64,000 nucleotides of DNA from the NCBI GenBank assembly GCA_963796415.1, contig CAWCLR010000005.1, positions 147,795 to 211,794 of the forward strand, written 5' to 3'. The notes beneath the pieces are model-generated. The model did not search any database. It was not told the DNA's origin and saw nothing but the letters and a program-made list of their open reading frames with translations. A program made the position numbers and the translations under genes. Positions 19,538-28,780 of this stretch are shown here, piece after piece. How positions within the stretch are numbered: the stretch's first letter is position 1; each line of letters starts with the position of its first letter. Source of the stretch: an uncultured Acidimicrobiales bacterium (GTDB lineage: Bacteria > Actinomycetota > Acidimicrobiia > Acidimicrobiales > VFJN01).

Positions 19538-20047
19538 TCAGCCCGGGAAGTCGCCGGCGTCGATGCGGACCTTGCGCAGCAGGCCGGTGACCTGGTCCAG
19601 CTCGCGTTCGGACAGGGCGGCCATGCCGAAGCTCGTGGCGCTGACCGCCTCGGTGGCCTTGTCGACGGTGCGACGACCGTCGTCGGTGATCTCCGCGAGC
19701 GTCGTGCGGCGGTCGGTGGGGTGGGCCGAGCGGCGCACGAGGCCCTGGCTCTCGAGGCGGTCGACGATGTTGGTGATGCTGGTCGGGTGGACCATCAGCC
19801 GCGTCCCCATCTTGCCGAGCGGAAGGGCCCCCTCACGGCTGAACGCCAGCAGCACCAGCGCCTCGTAGCGGGCGAAGGTGAGGTCGAACGGGCGGAGGAC
19901 GTCCTCGACGCAGGCGAGGATGAGCTGCTGTGCCCGCATGATCGACGTGGTGGCCGTCATGGCGGCGGGCGCCGCCCAGCCTCGGGCCTCCCATTGCCGC
20001 CGGGCTTCGGCGAGGACGTCGAAGTCCATCGACCTCTGGTAGGGCAC
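19538..20047 (-). CDS. MarR family regulator
   Basis: LTFARYEAL, VHPTSITNIVDRLE..GLVRR..HPTDRR; TAAGAT 6 nt before GTG. Confidence 0.9.
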   Translation of the reverse strand: MPYQRSMDFDVLAEARRQWEARGWAAPAAMTATTSIMRAQQLILACVEDVLRPFDLTFARYEALVLLAFSREGALPLGKMGTRLMVHPTSITNIVDRLESQGLVRRSAHPTDRRTTLAEITDDGRRTVDKATEAVSATSFGMAALSERELDQVTGLLRKVRIDAGDFPG

Positions 20048-20161
20048 GGCGGCATCTTACGTCGGATGTCCAGCAATCGGGGATCCGGTGGTCGGATGGC
20101 AGGTGATCGGAAGAGTTACTCTCGGTAGACAGATCGTCGGATCCCCAACTATCGTGCGTCG

Positions 20162-20255
20162 CGTCCCGGTGGGCGTCGCCACCGCCGCCCGGATATTCAG
20201 GGGTCGGGTCCGGCTCCCCCCGGACCCGGCCGGAGGCGTCCCGCCCACCGGTCGT
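20162..20255 (+). ncRNA. Candidate small RNA with a C-rich loop
   Basis: TAGACA-N18-TATCGT promoter (20126-20155); outer stem 20166-75/20242-51; inner hairpin 20202-20231 carrying UCCCCCC. Confidence 0.35.
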
Positions 20256-20279
20256 GGGGCGTCGGTCACGCCACGTGGC

Positions 20280-21032
20280 TCAGCGGGGCTCGAAGACGAC
20301 GACATCGAAGCGGCCGGCGCGGTCGCGCCGCCGGTCGGGCTCGGGCAGGGCGCGGAGCGCGGCGATCGTCGGGACGACGACCTCGTCCCAGACATCGTCG
20401 GGCAGGTCCCACAGCATCGACCACGAGCGGGCCGCGATCTGGTCCGCCTGCTCGCCGGGGGAGATGCTCCAGACGCCGTCGCCCGTGGTCGCCCGCTCGA
20501 CGACCCGCAGGTCCGCCCCCTCGGCCAGGGCGGCGAGCTGGTCGGGGCCGTCGCGCTGCGGGCGCAGCACCTCGGCCATCGGCCCGACGACCCGATCGAT
20601 CTCGTCGCGGTCGGTCTGGATGCCCGCCGGCACGATCACCAGCCGCCCTCGGGGCGCCACGACCTCGCCGACCGAGGCGAGGAACGCGCCGACGTCGGGG
20701 ACCAGCTGGGTCACCCACACGGTCAGCGCGTTCGGCACCGACCTCGGGCGCAGCGGGAGGCGGTAGCCGTCACCGACCGCGATGCAGGACCCGAGGCGCA
20801 CGTGGGCGCGGGTCAGCATCGGCAGGGACAGGTCGACGCCGACGACCCCGTGGCCTCGGTCGACCAGCTCGCGGGCGATGACACCGGTGCCCACCCCGAC
20901 CTCGACCACCGGGCCCGGCCGCAGCCAGTCCACCACGCCCGCGGCGATGCGCTGCCCGCGCTCGAGCCCACCCCGAGTGGCGTCGTAGTCCGCCGCGATG
21001 CGGTCGAAGGCCACCGATTCCCCCCGGGTCAT
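20280..21032 (-). CDS. SAM-dependent methyltransferase
   Basis: AFDRIAADYD, VEVGVGTG, GVDLS; TAGCCT 7 nt before ATG. Confidence 0.85.
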   Translation of the reverse strand: MTRGESVAFDRIAADYDATRGGLERGQRIAAGVVDWLRPGPVVEVGVGTGVIARELVDRGHGVVGVDLSLPMLTRAHVRLGSCIAVGDGYRLPLRPRSVPNALTVWVTQLVPDVGAFLASVGEVVAPRGRLVIVPAGIQTDRDEIDRVVGPMAEVLRPQRDGPDQLAALAEGADLRVVERATTGDGVWSISPGEQADQIAARSWSMLWDLPDDVWDEVVVPTIAALRALPEPDRRRDRAGRFDVVVFEPR

Positions 21033-21141
21033 GGGGCGGAGGCTAGGACGGGCGGCGCCCGTGCCAGCCGCGCGATTTCCGCCGGCCGCGATGTCCGTTC
21101 CGTCCAAGACGGCGGACCGGCCCCGGGCCTACGGTCGCCGC

Positions 21142-22038
21142 ATGGACCACGTAGACGCCGCCGCCCTGGACGCCGCCGAGCGGTTCGTGCTCGGCGACTC
21201 CCGCCTCATCGACCGCCACCGCTTCGCCCACCAGTTCCGCGGCGGGCCCGGCGCCGCGGTCGTCGCCGCGCTCGGACCCTACGCCAACCCCGACGGCGGG
21301 TTCGGGAACGCCCTCGAGCCCGACCTGCGCGGCGCGCCCAGCCAGCCCGAGCCGGTCGAGGTGGCGTTCCGCATCCTCGACGAGACCGACGGCGGCGCCG
21401 CCTTCGCCGGCCCGCTGGTCGACGCCGCCTGCGACTGGCTGGCGGCCAACAGCGCCCCTGACGGCGGGGTGCCCTCGGTGCTCCCGTCGGTGGTCGACGC
21501 CCCGCGGGCGCCGTGGTGGCAGCCGGTCGAGGGGACGCCCGGAGACCTCGTGCCCACCGCGCCGATCGCCGGGCTGCTCCACGCCCACGGCCACGACCAT
21601 CCGTGGCTCGACGGCGCGACCCGGTTCTGCCGCGAGCGGATCGACGCGGTCGCCGCCGACGGCGCCGACCTCGGTCCCTACACCGCGGTCGCCGTCCTCG
21701 ACTTCCTCGACCACGTGCCCGACCGCGACTGGGCCGAGAAGGCGTTCGCCGGTGTGCGCGACGCCGTGCTCGCCACCGTCACGTTCGATCCGGACGCCCC
21801 GGGGCACGTGCACCTGCCGATCGAGTTCGCCCCGCGGCCCGACGGGTTCGGGCCGCGGCTGTTCGACGACGGCGTGCTGGAGCGCCACCTCGACCTTCTG
21901 GTGGCGGCCCAGGCCGACGACGGCGGGTGGGGCATCAACTGGGAGGCATGGGCGCCGGTGACCGTCGCCGAGTGGCGCGGGTACGCCACGGTCGAACGCC
22001 TGAAGCTCCTCCGGGCCCACGGCCGCTGGAGCGTGTGA
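21142..22038 (+). CDS. Conserved hypothetical protein, prenyltransferase/squalene-oxidase repeat-like
   Basis: YANPDGGFGNALEPDLR, AQADDGGW repeats; TACGGT 6 nt before ATG. Confidence 0.75.
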   Translation: MDHVDAAALDAAERFVLGDSRLIDRHRFAHQFRGGPGAAVVAALGPYANPDGGFGNALEPDLRGAPSQPEPVEVAFRILDETDGGAAFAGPLVDAACDWLAANSAPDGGVPSVLPSVVDAPRAPWWQPVEGTPGDLVPTAPIAGLLHAHGHDHPWLDGATRFCRERIDAVAADGADLGPYTAVAVLDFLDHVPDRDWAEKAFAGVRDAVLATVTFDPDAPGHVHLPIEFAPRPDGFGPRLFDDGVLERHLDLLVAAQADDGGWGINWEAWAPVTVAEWRGYATVERLKLLRAHGRWSV

Positions 22039-22076
22039 TCGAGGGCCGTCGGGCTCGGGACCCGAGGTCAGTCGGA

Positions 22077-22832
22077 TCAGCCGGCGAGGAGGGTGGTCAT
22101 GGTGATCCCGGACAGGGCGGACACGTCCCGGGCCATGTGCGCCTGGTCCGCGTAGCCGCACTCGTGGGCCACCCGCGCCAGGTCGTCGCCGGCGCGTGCC
22201 CGGCGCAGCGCGTTCTGGAACCGCAGCACCCGATGCAGCGTCTTGGGTCCGTACCCGAAGGCGGCCAGGGAGCGCCGGTGCAGCTGCCGCTCGGACAGGC
22301 CCATGGCGTCGGCGAGACCGCGCACCGGCGCCGGCTCGCGTGCGTCGCGCAGCGCGTCGGCGACGTGGCGCACCACCGGGTCCACCGACGCCACTCCCCG
22401 GCCGCTCGCCGTGAGCCGGTCTGCGACCGCCTCGGCCAGTGCGTGCTCGGGCCGGTCGGCGGCGGCGAGTGCATCGGCCAGCGCCTCGGTCGCCGGACGG
22501 CCCCACAGCTCGGCCAGGTCGGGGCGCTCGTCGCGCAGTGCGTCGAGCGGCACGCCGAGCACGTCGGCCGCCGCCCCCGGGCGGAACCGGACCGCGGCGA
22601 TGGTGGTGTCGGAGCCCATCCCGGCCGAGTGGGCGTGCGTGTCGGGACCGGCGACGACGAGGCGTGCCCGGCCGTCGTCGGTGATCCACATGAGGTCGGT
22701 GCACCCGTCGGGCACGACGGGGGCCGTGTCGGTGGCCGCCGCCCGACGCACCCACACGCAGGCCAGGTGCCCGGCGAGGGGCGCCGGTGGCGCCGTCTCC
22801 TGGTACCGGGGTGTCAGGGTGGTAGGCGGCAT
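22077..22832 (-). CDS. AraC family regulator
   Basis: VVPDGCTDL, LSERQLHR..FGYGPK, GYADQAHM. Confidence 0.9.
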   Translation of the reverse strand: MPPTTLTPRYQETAPPAPLAGHLACVWVRRAAATDTAPVVPDGCTDLMWITDDGRARLVVAGPDTHAHSAGMGSDTTIAAVRFRPGAAADVLGVPLDALRDERPDLAELWGRPATEALADALAAADRPEHALAEAVADRLTASGRGVASVDPVVRHVADALRDAREPAPVRGLADAMGLSERQLHRRSLAAFGYGPKTLHRVLRFQNALRRARAGDDLARVAHECGYADQAHMARDVSALSGITMTTLLAG

Positions 22833-22970
22833 CGTGACCGTTTCGAACGTGCGGGTGGTCTGTCAGGGTAGGGGAGCGGGCACGGATCCCGCGTCGTGGG
22901 GCCGTCGGGCCAGCCGCTGCGTGAACGGTGTGTCACATCGCGTCGGATCGCCGACAGTCGCTATACAGAT

Positions 22971-23640
22971 GTGAGACGATCGATCCGGGACGCTCGACTG
23001 ATCGTCCAGAAGCAGTTCGTCCACAAGATCGTGCAGAAGTTCGTCGAGGAGATCGCCCAGGAGGTCGCCCGTGGGGTCCAGGCCGCGCAAGCCGTCCGCC
23101 ACCCGCGACCGTTCCGCCCGGCCGCCCGGCCGCCCCGCCGCGCCGATCGCCCCCGCGGGCGCCTCGGTGGGGTCGGGTCGGTCCCACGGGAGCCGGCCCC
23201 GACCCGCGGCCATCGACCTGACGGGCCCGTCGAGCGCGGCGGTCGTGACCCTGGCCGACTGGGCCCCGGCCGCGGCGCGCGTGGCGCCGGCGGGCAAGGG
23301 CAAGGCGAAGGCCGCGGCGAAGGCAGCGAAGAAGGCAGCGAAGAAGGCCGCCAAGGCCGCGGCGAAGGCAGCGAAGAAGGCCGCGAAGTCGCAGCGGAGC
23401 AAGAAGGCGAAGGCCGCGAGGAAGGCCGAGGCGAAGGCCGCCAAGTCGGGCAAGAAGGGCAAGAGGGGCAAGGCCGGGGCGGAGCGGGGCAAGAAGGCGC
23501 GGCGGCCAGGAGCGGCCAACTCGGCCGTCGTTGCGCTGGCGGACGGGAACGACGGCGGGACGAAGAAGGCCAGAAAGGCCAAGGCCGAGCAGGCCGCGGG
23601 CGGCGGGGTGGCAAAGCCGACGAAGGGCGAGGTCCGACAG
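22971..23640 (+). CDS. Lys/Ala-rich (histone-H1-like) coding segment upstream of and in frame with E1; probable frameshift at ~23100-23205
   Basis: Coding-like GC3 in frame VRRSIRDARLIVQKQFVHKIVQKFVEEIAQE switches to frame AAIDLTG...KAAKKAAKK; no stop before ATG 23641. Confidence 0.4.
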
Positions 23641-25815
23641 ATGGACACGAAGAACCCCAACCTCGACGATCCGGCGTCGATCCCCGTTGCCGCGTCGGCG
23701 ACGGCGGTGGATGCCGTCCCGGCCTCCGCCGACCGTCCCGACGACATCGGCGCCTACCCGGCCGACGAGCTGCGGCGTGACCTGCTCCTCGCCCGCGTCT
23801 CCCGAGCCATCGACGACCGCGAGATCGCCCTGCAGAAGCAGAGCCGGGTGTTCTTCCAGATCTCGGGCGCCGGCCACGAGGCCCTGCTGCTCGGACTCGC
23901 CCACGAGCTGCGGCCGGGCCACGACTGGTTCTTCCCGTACTACCGCGACCTCGCCCTCATGCTGGGGCTCGGCATCTCCGCCGAGCAGATCCTGCTGCAG
24001 GCGGTCGGCTCGGCCGAGGATCCGGCGTCGGGCGGCCGCCAGATGCCGGCGCACTGGGGCGACCGCGACCGCAACGTCGTGACGCAGTCGAGCCCGACGG
24101 GCAGCCAGTGCATTCCGGCCGTCGGCTGCGCCGAGGCCGGCCGCTACATCGTCCGCCGGCCCCAGCTCGGCCTGCCCGCCCACGGCGACGAGGTCACCTA
24201 CGTGAGCCTGGGCGAGGGCGCCACGTCCGAGGGTGAGTTCTGGGAGAGCCTCAACACCGCCTGCACCGAGCACCTGCCGGTGCTGTTCCTGGTGGCCGAC
24301 AACGGCTACGCCATCTCGGTTCCGTCGGCCGAGCAGTCGCCGGCGCCGATCAGCGAGCTGGTGAAGGGGTTCGCCGGCCTGCAGACCTGGACGGTCGACG
24401 GCACCGACTACTTCGATGTGCGCCGGACCGCCAAGGCGGTGGTGAGCCACGTGCGGGCGGGCGTCGGGCCGGCGCTGATCCACGCCACGGTGACACGTCC
24501 GTACTCCCACTCGGCGGCCGACACGCAGAGCAAGTACCGCCTGCCCCACGAGCTCGAGTGGGAGGCCCGGAACGACCCCATCGAGCGCCTCGAGGCCGCC
24601 CTCGTGGCGGGCGGGGTGCTCACCGCGGACGAAGCGGCGGAGCTGCGGGAGGAGGCCCGCCGCACCGTGGCCGAGGCCGCCAAGGCCGCCCTCGCCCGAG
24701 CCCGCCCCGACACGGCCTCCGTGCTCGATCACGTGGTGGCACTGCCCGACATCCCCGACCCGGGCGAGGCCGCCACCGGCCCCGACGGCGAGGACGTGGT
24801 GGCGCTCGGCGAGGCGATCCGCCGGACCCTGCACGAGGCCATGGAGGCCGACGAGCGCATCCGCGTGTTCGGCGAGGACGTGGCCGACGCCCGCGAGGCG
24901 ATCCTCGCTGACGTCGAGGGCAAGGGCGGCGTGTTCGGCACCACCCACGGCCTGCAGCGCGACTTCGGCCGAGCCCGGTGCTACAACACGCCGCTCGCCG
25001 AGGCCAACATCATCGGCCGGGCGGTGGGCCAGGCGATCCGCGGGCTGCGGCCGGCGCCCGAGATCCAGTTCTTCGACTACATCTGGCCTGCGATGCAGCA
25101 GATCCGCAGCGAGGCGGCGACGATCCGCTGGCGGTCGAACGGGGCGTTCACGTGCCCGACGGTCATGCGGGTCCCCATCGGCGGCTACCTGCAGGGCGGA
25201 TCGATCTGGCACAGCCAGTCGGGCGAGTCGATCTTCGCCCACATCCCCGGCCTGCTCATCGCCTATCCGTCGCGGGCCAGCGACGCCGCCGGCCTGCTGC
25301 GGGCGGCGTTCCGGTGCGAGGACCCGGTGCTGTTCCTCGAGCACAAGCACCTGCTCCGCCAGCCGTACACCCGCGACCCGTTCCCGGGGGCGGACTTCGT
25401 CCTGCCCTTCGGCCGGGGCCGGTATGTCACCCGAGGGACCGACCTGACGATCGTGACCTGGGGGGCGACCGTCGAGCGGTCCCGCAAGGCGGCCGCGCAG
25501 CTCGCCGAGACCGACGGCGCCTCGATCGAGGTGATCGACCTGCGGACGCTCGTGCCCTGGGACCAGGAGATGGTGGCCGAGTCGGTGGCGAAGACGTCGC
25601 GGCTGCTCGTGGTGCACGAGGACGTCGTGCGGGCCGGGTTCGGCGGCGAGATCGCGGCGTGGGTGGCAGACCAGGCGTTCTGGCAGCTCGACGCCCCGAT
25701 CGGCCGGGTCGGCGCCCAGGAGTGCCACGTGGCCTACGCCCCCGAGCTCGAGGACGCGATCCTCCCCCAGGTCGACGACATCGCCACGGCCGCCCACCGC
25801 CTGCTCTGCGAGTGA
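23641..25815 (+). CDS. 2-oxoacid (probably branched-chain) dehydrogenase E1, fused alpha/beta subunits
   Basis: GAGHEA, PYYRD, GEGATSEG...DNGYAIS TPP motif, FGEDV, NTPLAE, EIQFFDY, EVIDLR; GAGG before ATG 23641. Confidence 0.9.
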   Translation: MDTKNPNLDDPASIPVAASATAVDAVPASADRPDDIGAYPADELRRDLLLARVSRAIDDREIALQKQSRVFFQISGAGHEALLLGLAHELRPGHDWFFPYYRDLALMLGLGISAEQILLQAVGSAEDPASGGRQMPAHWGDRDRNVVTQSSPTGSQCIPAVGCAEAGRYIVRRPQLGLPAHGDEVTYVSLGEGATSEGEFWESLNTACTEHLPVLFLVADNGYAISVPSAEQSPAPISELVKGFAGLQTWTVDGTDYFDVRRTAKAVVSHVRAGVGPALIHATVTRPYSHSAADTQSKYRLPHELEWEARNDPIERLEAALVAGGVLTADEAAELREEARRTVAEAAKAALARARPDTASVLDHVVALPDIPDPGEAATGPDGEDVVALGEAIRRTLHEAMEADERIRVFGEDVADAREAILADVEGKGGVFGTTHGLQRDFGRARCYNTPLAEANIIGRAVGQAIRGLRPAPEIQFFDYIWPAMQQIRSEAATIRWRSNGAFTCPTVMRVPIGGYLQGGSIWHSQSGESIFAHIPGLLIAYPSRASDAAGLLRAAFRCEDPVLFLEHKHLLRQPYTRDPFPGADFVLPFGRGRYVTRGTDLTIVTWGATVERSRKAAAQLAETDGASIEVIDLRTLVPWDQEMVAESVAKTSRLLVVHEDVVRAGFGGEIAAWVADQAFWQLDAPIGRVGAQECHVAYAPELEDAILPQVDDIATAAHRLLCE

Positions 25816-25841
25816 CGGGCGCGGGCCTGCCAGGCAGCACA

Positions 25842-25873
25842 ACGCCCCGCCGCCTGACGGGGCAGCGGGGCGT
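25842..25873. terminator. Hairpin between convergent genes
   Basis: ACGCCCCGC..GCC/GGC..GCGGGGCGT stem. Confidence 0.55.
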
Positions 25874-25915
25874 CGGCTAGAACTCTGTGGAACGATCAGC
25901 GCGTGGGGAGGCTGA

Positions 25916-26029
25916 TCACCCTTCGATGTGCGACTGCACGTCGTCGTGGTCGACCAACAGGCCGAGCAAACCGGCCATCACGATCACCACCGCGATCGCT
26001 ACCAGTCCGAGGATCAGGATCTCGTTCAT
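25916..26029 (-). CDS. 37-aa single-TM small protein (not in ORF track)
   Basis: MNEILILGLVAIAVVIVMAGLLGLLVDHDDVQSHIEG*; GAGG just upstream, hairpin downstream. Confidence 0.55.
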   Translation of the reverse strand: MNEILILGLVAIAVVIVMAGLLGLLVDHDDVQSHIEG

Positions 26030-26265
26030 TGCCTCGCCACCTTCTGTCGGGCCCGCCACGGGCGATCGAGACCCGGCGCTGCTCGCCGTGCCCCCCCGGC
26101 CACCGGGGAGGGTGGAGCCGAGTGCTGCGATCTTTACCCAGGCCGGTGCGATTTGTCTCTGACAGTTCGATGACGATGTGCGCCACGCCTACCACGGTGC
26201 GCGGTTAGGTTCTCGAACGTTGCCGGCCCGTCGCCCGTCGCCCGCCGCGCTGCTCGTCGCGCTCG

Positions 26266-26961
26266 GTGCTGGCGCTCCTGGCTCCGGTCGGCGTCGTCAT
26301 GGCCACCGGCCTGGCGCACGGGGGTGCCGGGGAGGACGGCGAGGTCGAGACGGCCGACGGCCGCGACCCTGACGGGCGCGTCACCGACCCGGACGCGCCG
26401 ATCACGGTCGGCGTAGGCCCGAGCATGACTGGCACGGCCCCGTCCGCGACCGTGCCCCCCTCGACCGAGCCAGCCACCACCGTCCCGCCGGCACCCGCCA
26501 CCACCGCTCAGCCCACCACGACCGCCGCCCCGCCGCCTCCGACCACCGCCGCCCCGCCGCCGCCGACGACGGCGCCGCCGCCCCCGCCGCCCGCAGGCGC
26601 GGCCGACCAGGTGGTCGCGCTGGCGAACGAGGCACGGGCCCAGGCGGGATGCGGGCCCCTGCGGGTCGACGCCCGCATCACGGCCGCCGCCCAGGCCCAC
26701 AGCGACGACATGGCCGCCAACGGCTACTTCTCGCACGACTCGCTCGACGGGCGCTCGTTCGCCGACCGGCTCCGGGCCGCCGGCTACCCGAGCCCGGGCG
26801 GCGAGAACATCGCCCAGGGCCAACGCAACGCCCAGTCGGTGCACCAGGCCTGGATGAACTCGTCGGGCCACCGGGCCAACATCCTCAACTGCGGCTTCAC
26901 GACGATCGGCGTCGGCGTGAACCAGACCGCGTGGACCTGGACGCAGGACTTCGGCTACTGA
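26266..26961 (+). CDS. CAP (SCP-like) domain secreted protein with Pro/Thr linker
   Basis: AAQAHSDDMA..YFSH, GENIA, WMNSSGHRANIL. True start may be TTG 26220 through an indel near 26265. Confidence 0.85.
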   Translation: MLALLAPVGVVMATGLAHGGAGEDGEVETADGRDPDGRVTDPDAPITVGVGPSMTGTAPSATVPPSTEPATTVPPAPATTAQPTTTAAPPPPTTAAPPPPTTAPPPPPPAGAADQVVALANEARAQAGCGPLRVDARITAAAQAHSDDMAANGYFSHDSLDGRSFADRLRAAGYPSPGGENIAQGQRNAQSVHQAWMNSSGHRANILNCGFTTIGVGVNQTAWTWTQDFGY

Positions 26962-26986
26962 TCCACCGGTGCGCGGTCGGGCCCCG

Positions 26987-27003
26987 TCACCCGACCGGGG
27001 TGA
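26987..27003. promoter_or_regulatory. TCACCC-N5-GGGTGA palindrome, site 5 (upstream of GAP/Sap gene)
   Basis: TCACCCgaccgGGGTGA; CACGAT exactly 22 nt downstream. Confidence 0.7.
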
Positions 27004-27062
27004 GGCGGGCGGCCCGCGGCCGCAACACGATCCGGCCGTCCGGCGGATGACGGAGGCCCGCA

Positions 27063-27737
27063 ATGCTCGGTGAGGCGATCGGTGACCTGCTGCCGGCGGC
27101 CGTCGGGGTGGCGCTCAGCCCGGTGCCGATCGTGGCGGTGATCCTCATGCTGGGCACGCCCCGGGCCCGCACGAATGGGCCGGCCTTCGCCGCCGGGTGG
27201 GTGGCGGGGCTGGTGACGGTGGGCGTGATCGTGCTGCTGGTCGCCGGCAACGCCGATTCGAGCGGCGACACGAGCACCGCGGTCGACGTGGTGGTGCTGC
27301 TGTTCGGCGTGCTGCTGCTGGCGGTCGCCGTCAAGCAGTGGCGGGGCCGGCCGAGGCCGGGCGAGACGCCCGAGATGCCGAAGTGGATGGCGGCCATCGA
27401 CGAGTTCACCGCCGGGCGCTCGTTCGGGCTCGGGGTGCTGCTCTCGGGCGTCAACCCGAAGAACCTGGCCCTCACGCTGGCGGCCGCGGCATCGCTGGCC
27501 CAGGCGGGGCTGTCGGCGGGAGGCGACGCGGTCGGGCTGGCGGTGTTCGTCGTGATCGGCTCGGTCACGGTGGCCGGGCCCGTCCTCGCCTACCTGTTCA
27601 TGGGAGAGCGGGCCGAGCGGGCGCTGGGCGAGGTCAAGCAGTTCATGTCCGACCACAACGCAGTGATCATGGCGGTGGTCTGCCTCGTCCTCGCGGCCAA
27701 GCTCATCGGCAACGGCATCGGCGGCCTCGCCGACTGA
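27063..27737 (+). CDS. GAP/Sap family (glycolipid-addressing-like) membrane protein
   Basis: AVGVALSPVPIVAVIL, PKWM..ID, NPKNL; GGAGG RBS. Confidence 0.85.
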   Translation: MLGEAIGDLLPAAVGVALSPVPIVAVILMLGTPRARTNGPAFAAGWVAGLVTVGVIVLLVAGNADSSGDTSTAVDVVVLLFGVLLLAVAVKQWRGRPRPGETPEMPKWMAAIDEFTAGRSFGLGVLLSGVNPKNLALTLAAAASLAQAGLSAGGDAVGLAVFVVIGSVTVAGPVLAYLFMGERAERALGEVKQFMSDHNAVIMAVVCLVLAAKLIGNGIGGLAD

Positions 27738-27823
27738 GCACCTGTCTGGACGGATTTCCGGCCGCGGTCGGTGGTGTGCCCAGTGCCGTTCCCGCGGCCA
27801 GATTTCCGGCGACGAAGTTCCGA

Positions 27824-27840
27824 TCACCCCCTGCGGGTGA
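27824..27840. promoter_or_regulatory. TCACCC-N5-GGGTGA palindrome, site 6 (upstream of DUF6325-SHOCT genes)
   Basis: TCACCCcctgcGGGTGA; GAGGCT exactly 22 nt downstream. Confidence 0.7.
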
Positions 27841-27987
27841 CAACTCGACCGCCGCGCACCGCGAGGCTGGATCGCGACTGATGTCCAGTCCAACCCTCAT
27901 GTCCACCGACACCCGAGTACCGTTCGGCCACATCGACTCGGCCCCGCGCCCCGTCGCGGTGGCCGCAGCGTGAGAGAGGCGGCCCGC

Positions 27988-28416
27988 ATGTCCATCGGCC
28001 CCATCGAAGTCGTCGTCCTCGGGTTCCCCGAGAACCGCTTCACCGGCGAGATCCTCCCCGAGCTCGAACGCCTCGTGCAGTCCGACACGATCTCGATCGT
28101 CGACGGCGTGTTCGCGAGCAAGGACGGCGACGGCACCACCACGTTCGTCGAGTTCGACAGCCTCGAAGACGACGAGTTCGCGGCCCTGGCCGGCGTGCTC
28201 GAGCGGGTGGAGGGCCTCGTGTCCGACGAGGACGTCGACGATCTCACCGCGTCGCTGCCCCCCAACAGCTCGGCCGCCGTGCTCGTGTTCGAGCACACCT
28301 GGGCCATCCCGTTGCGCGACGCCCTCGTGCGGGGCGGCGGCGAGCTCGTGGCCAACCTGCGCATCCCCAGCAGCGTGGTCGACGAGATCCTCGCCACCGC
28401 GCCGCAAGCGGACTGA
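27988..28416 (+). CDS. DUF6325-type protein (DUF1269-related)
   Basis: GPIEVVVLGFP.N.FTGEI, NSSAAVLVFEHTWA, GGELV..RIP. Confidence 0.8.
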   Translation: MSIGPIEVVVLGFPENRFTGEILPELERLVQSDTISIVDGVFASKDGDGTTTFVEFDSLEDDEFAALAGVLERVEGLVSDEDVDDLTASLPPNSSAAVLVFEHTWAIPLRDALVRGGGELVANLRIPSSVVDEILATAPQAD

Positions 28417-28446
28417 CCGCACACCGAACGAGACGAGGAGACCGAC

Positions 28447-28761
28447 ATGCTACGACGTAGGGGACGCCCCGGGTTGGTCGGGACCATGGCCCGCACGGCC
28501 GTGGTCGCCGGCACCGCCACAGCCGTGGCCGGAGGGGTGCAGCGGCGGCAGGCCGGCCGAGCAGACGCGGCCGCCCAGGAGCAGAACGACGACCTGCAGG
28601 CGCAGCAGGCGCAGGCGGCACCGCCCCCGCCGGCCGCGGCCCCCGCCGCACCCGCGGGGGGCGACATGATGGCGGACCTCGAGAAGCTCGGCCAGATGCG
28701 GACCGCGGGCCTGCTCGACGACGCCGAGTTCGCAGCCGCCAAGGCCAAGCTGCTCGGCTGA
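28447..28761 (+). CDS. SHOCT domain protein
   Basis: PGLVGTMARTAVVAGTATAV N-terminus; LEKLGQMR.AGLLDDAEFAAAKAKLL C-terminus; GAGGAG RBS. Confidence 0.85.
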   Translation: MLRRRGRPGLVGTMARTAVVAGTATAVAGGVQRRQAGRADAAAQEQNDDLQAQQAQAAPPPPAAAPAAPAGGDMMADLEKLGQMRTAGLLDDAEFAAAKAKLLG

Positions 28762-28780
28762 CCGCCCCGGCCGGGGTCGG

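Noticed and set aside
20115-20130. GTTACtctcgGTAGA as a third TetR operator
   Set aside because: Spacer one base short and right arm mismatched
26470-26595. Pro/Thr repeats in the CAP gene as a DNA repeat element
   Set aside because: Ordinary low-complexity protein linker
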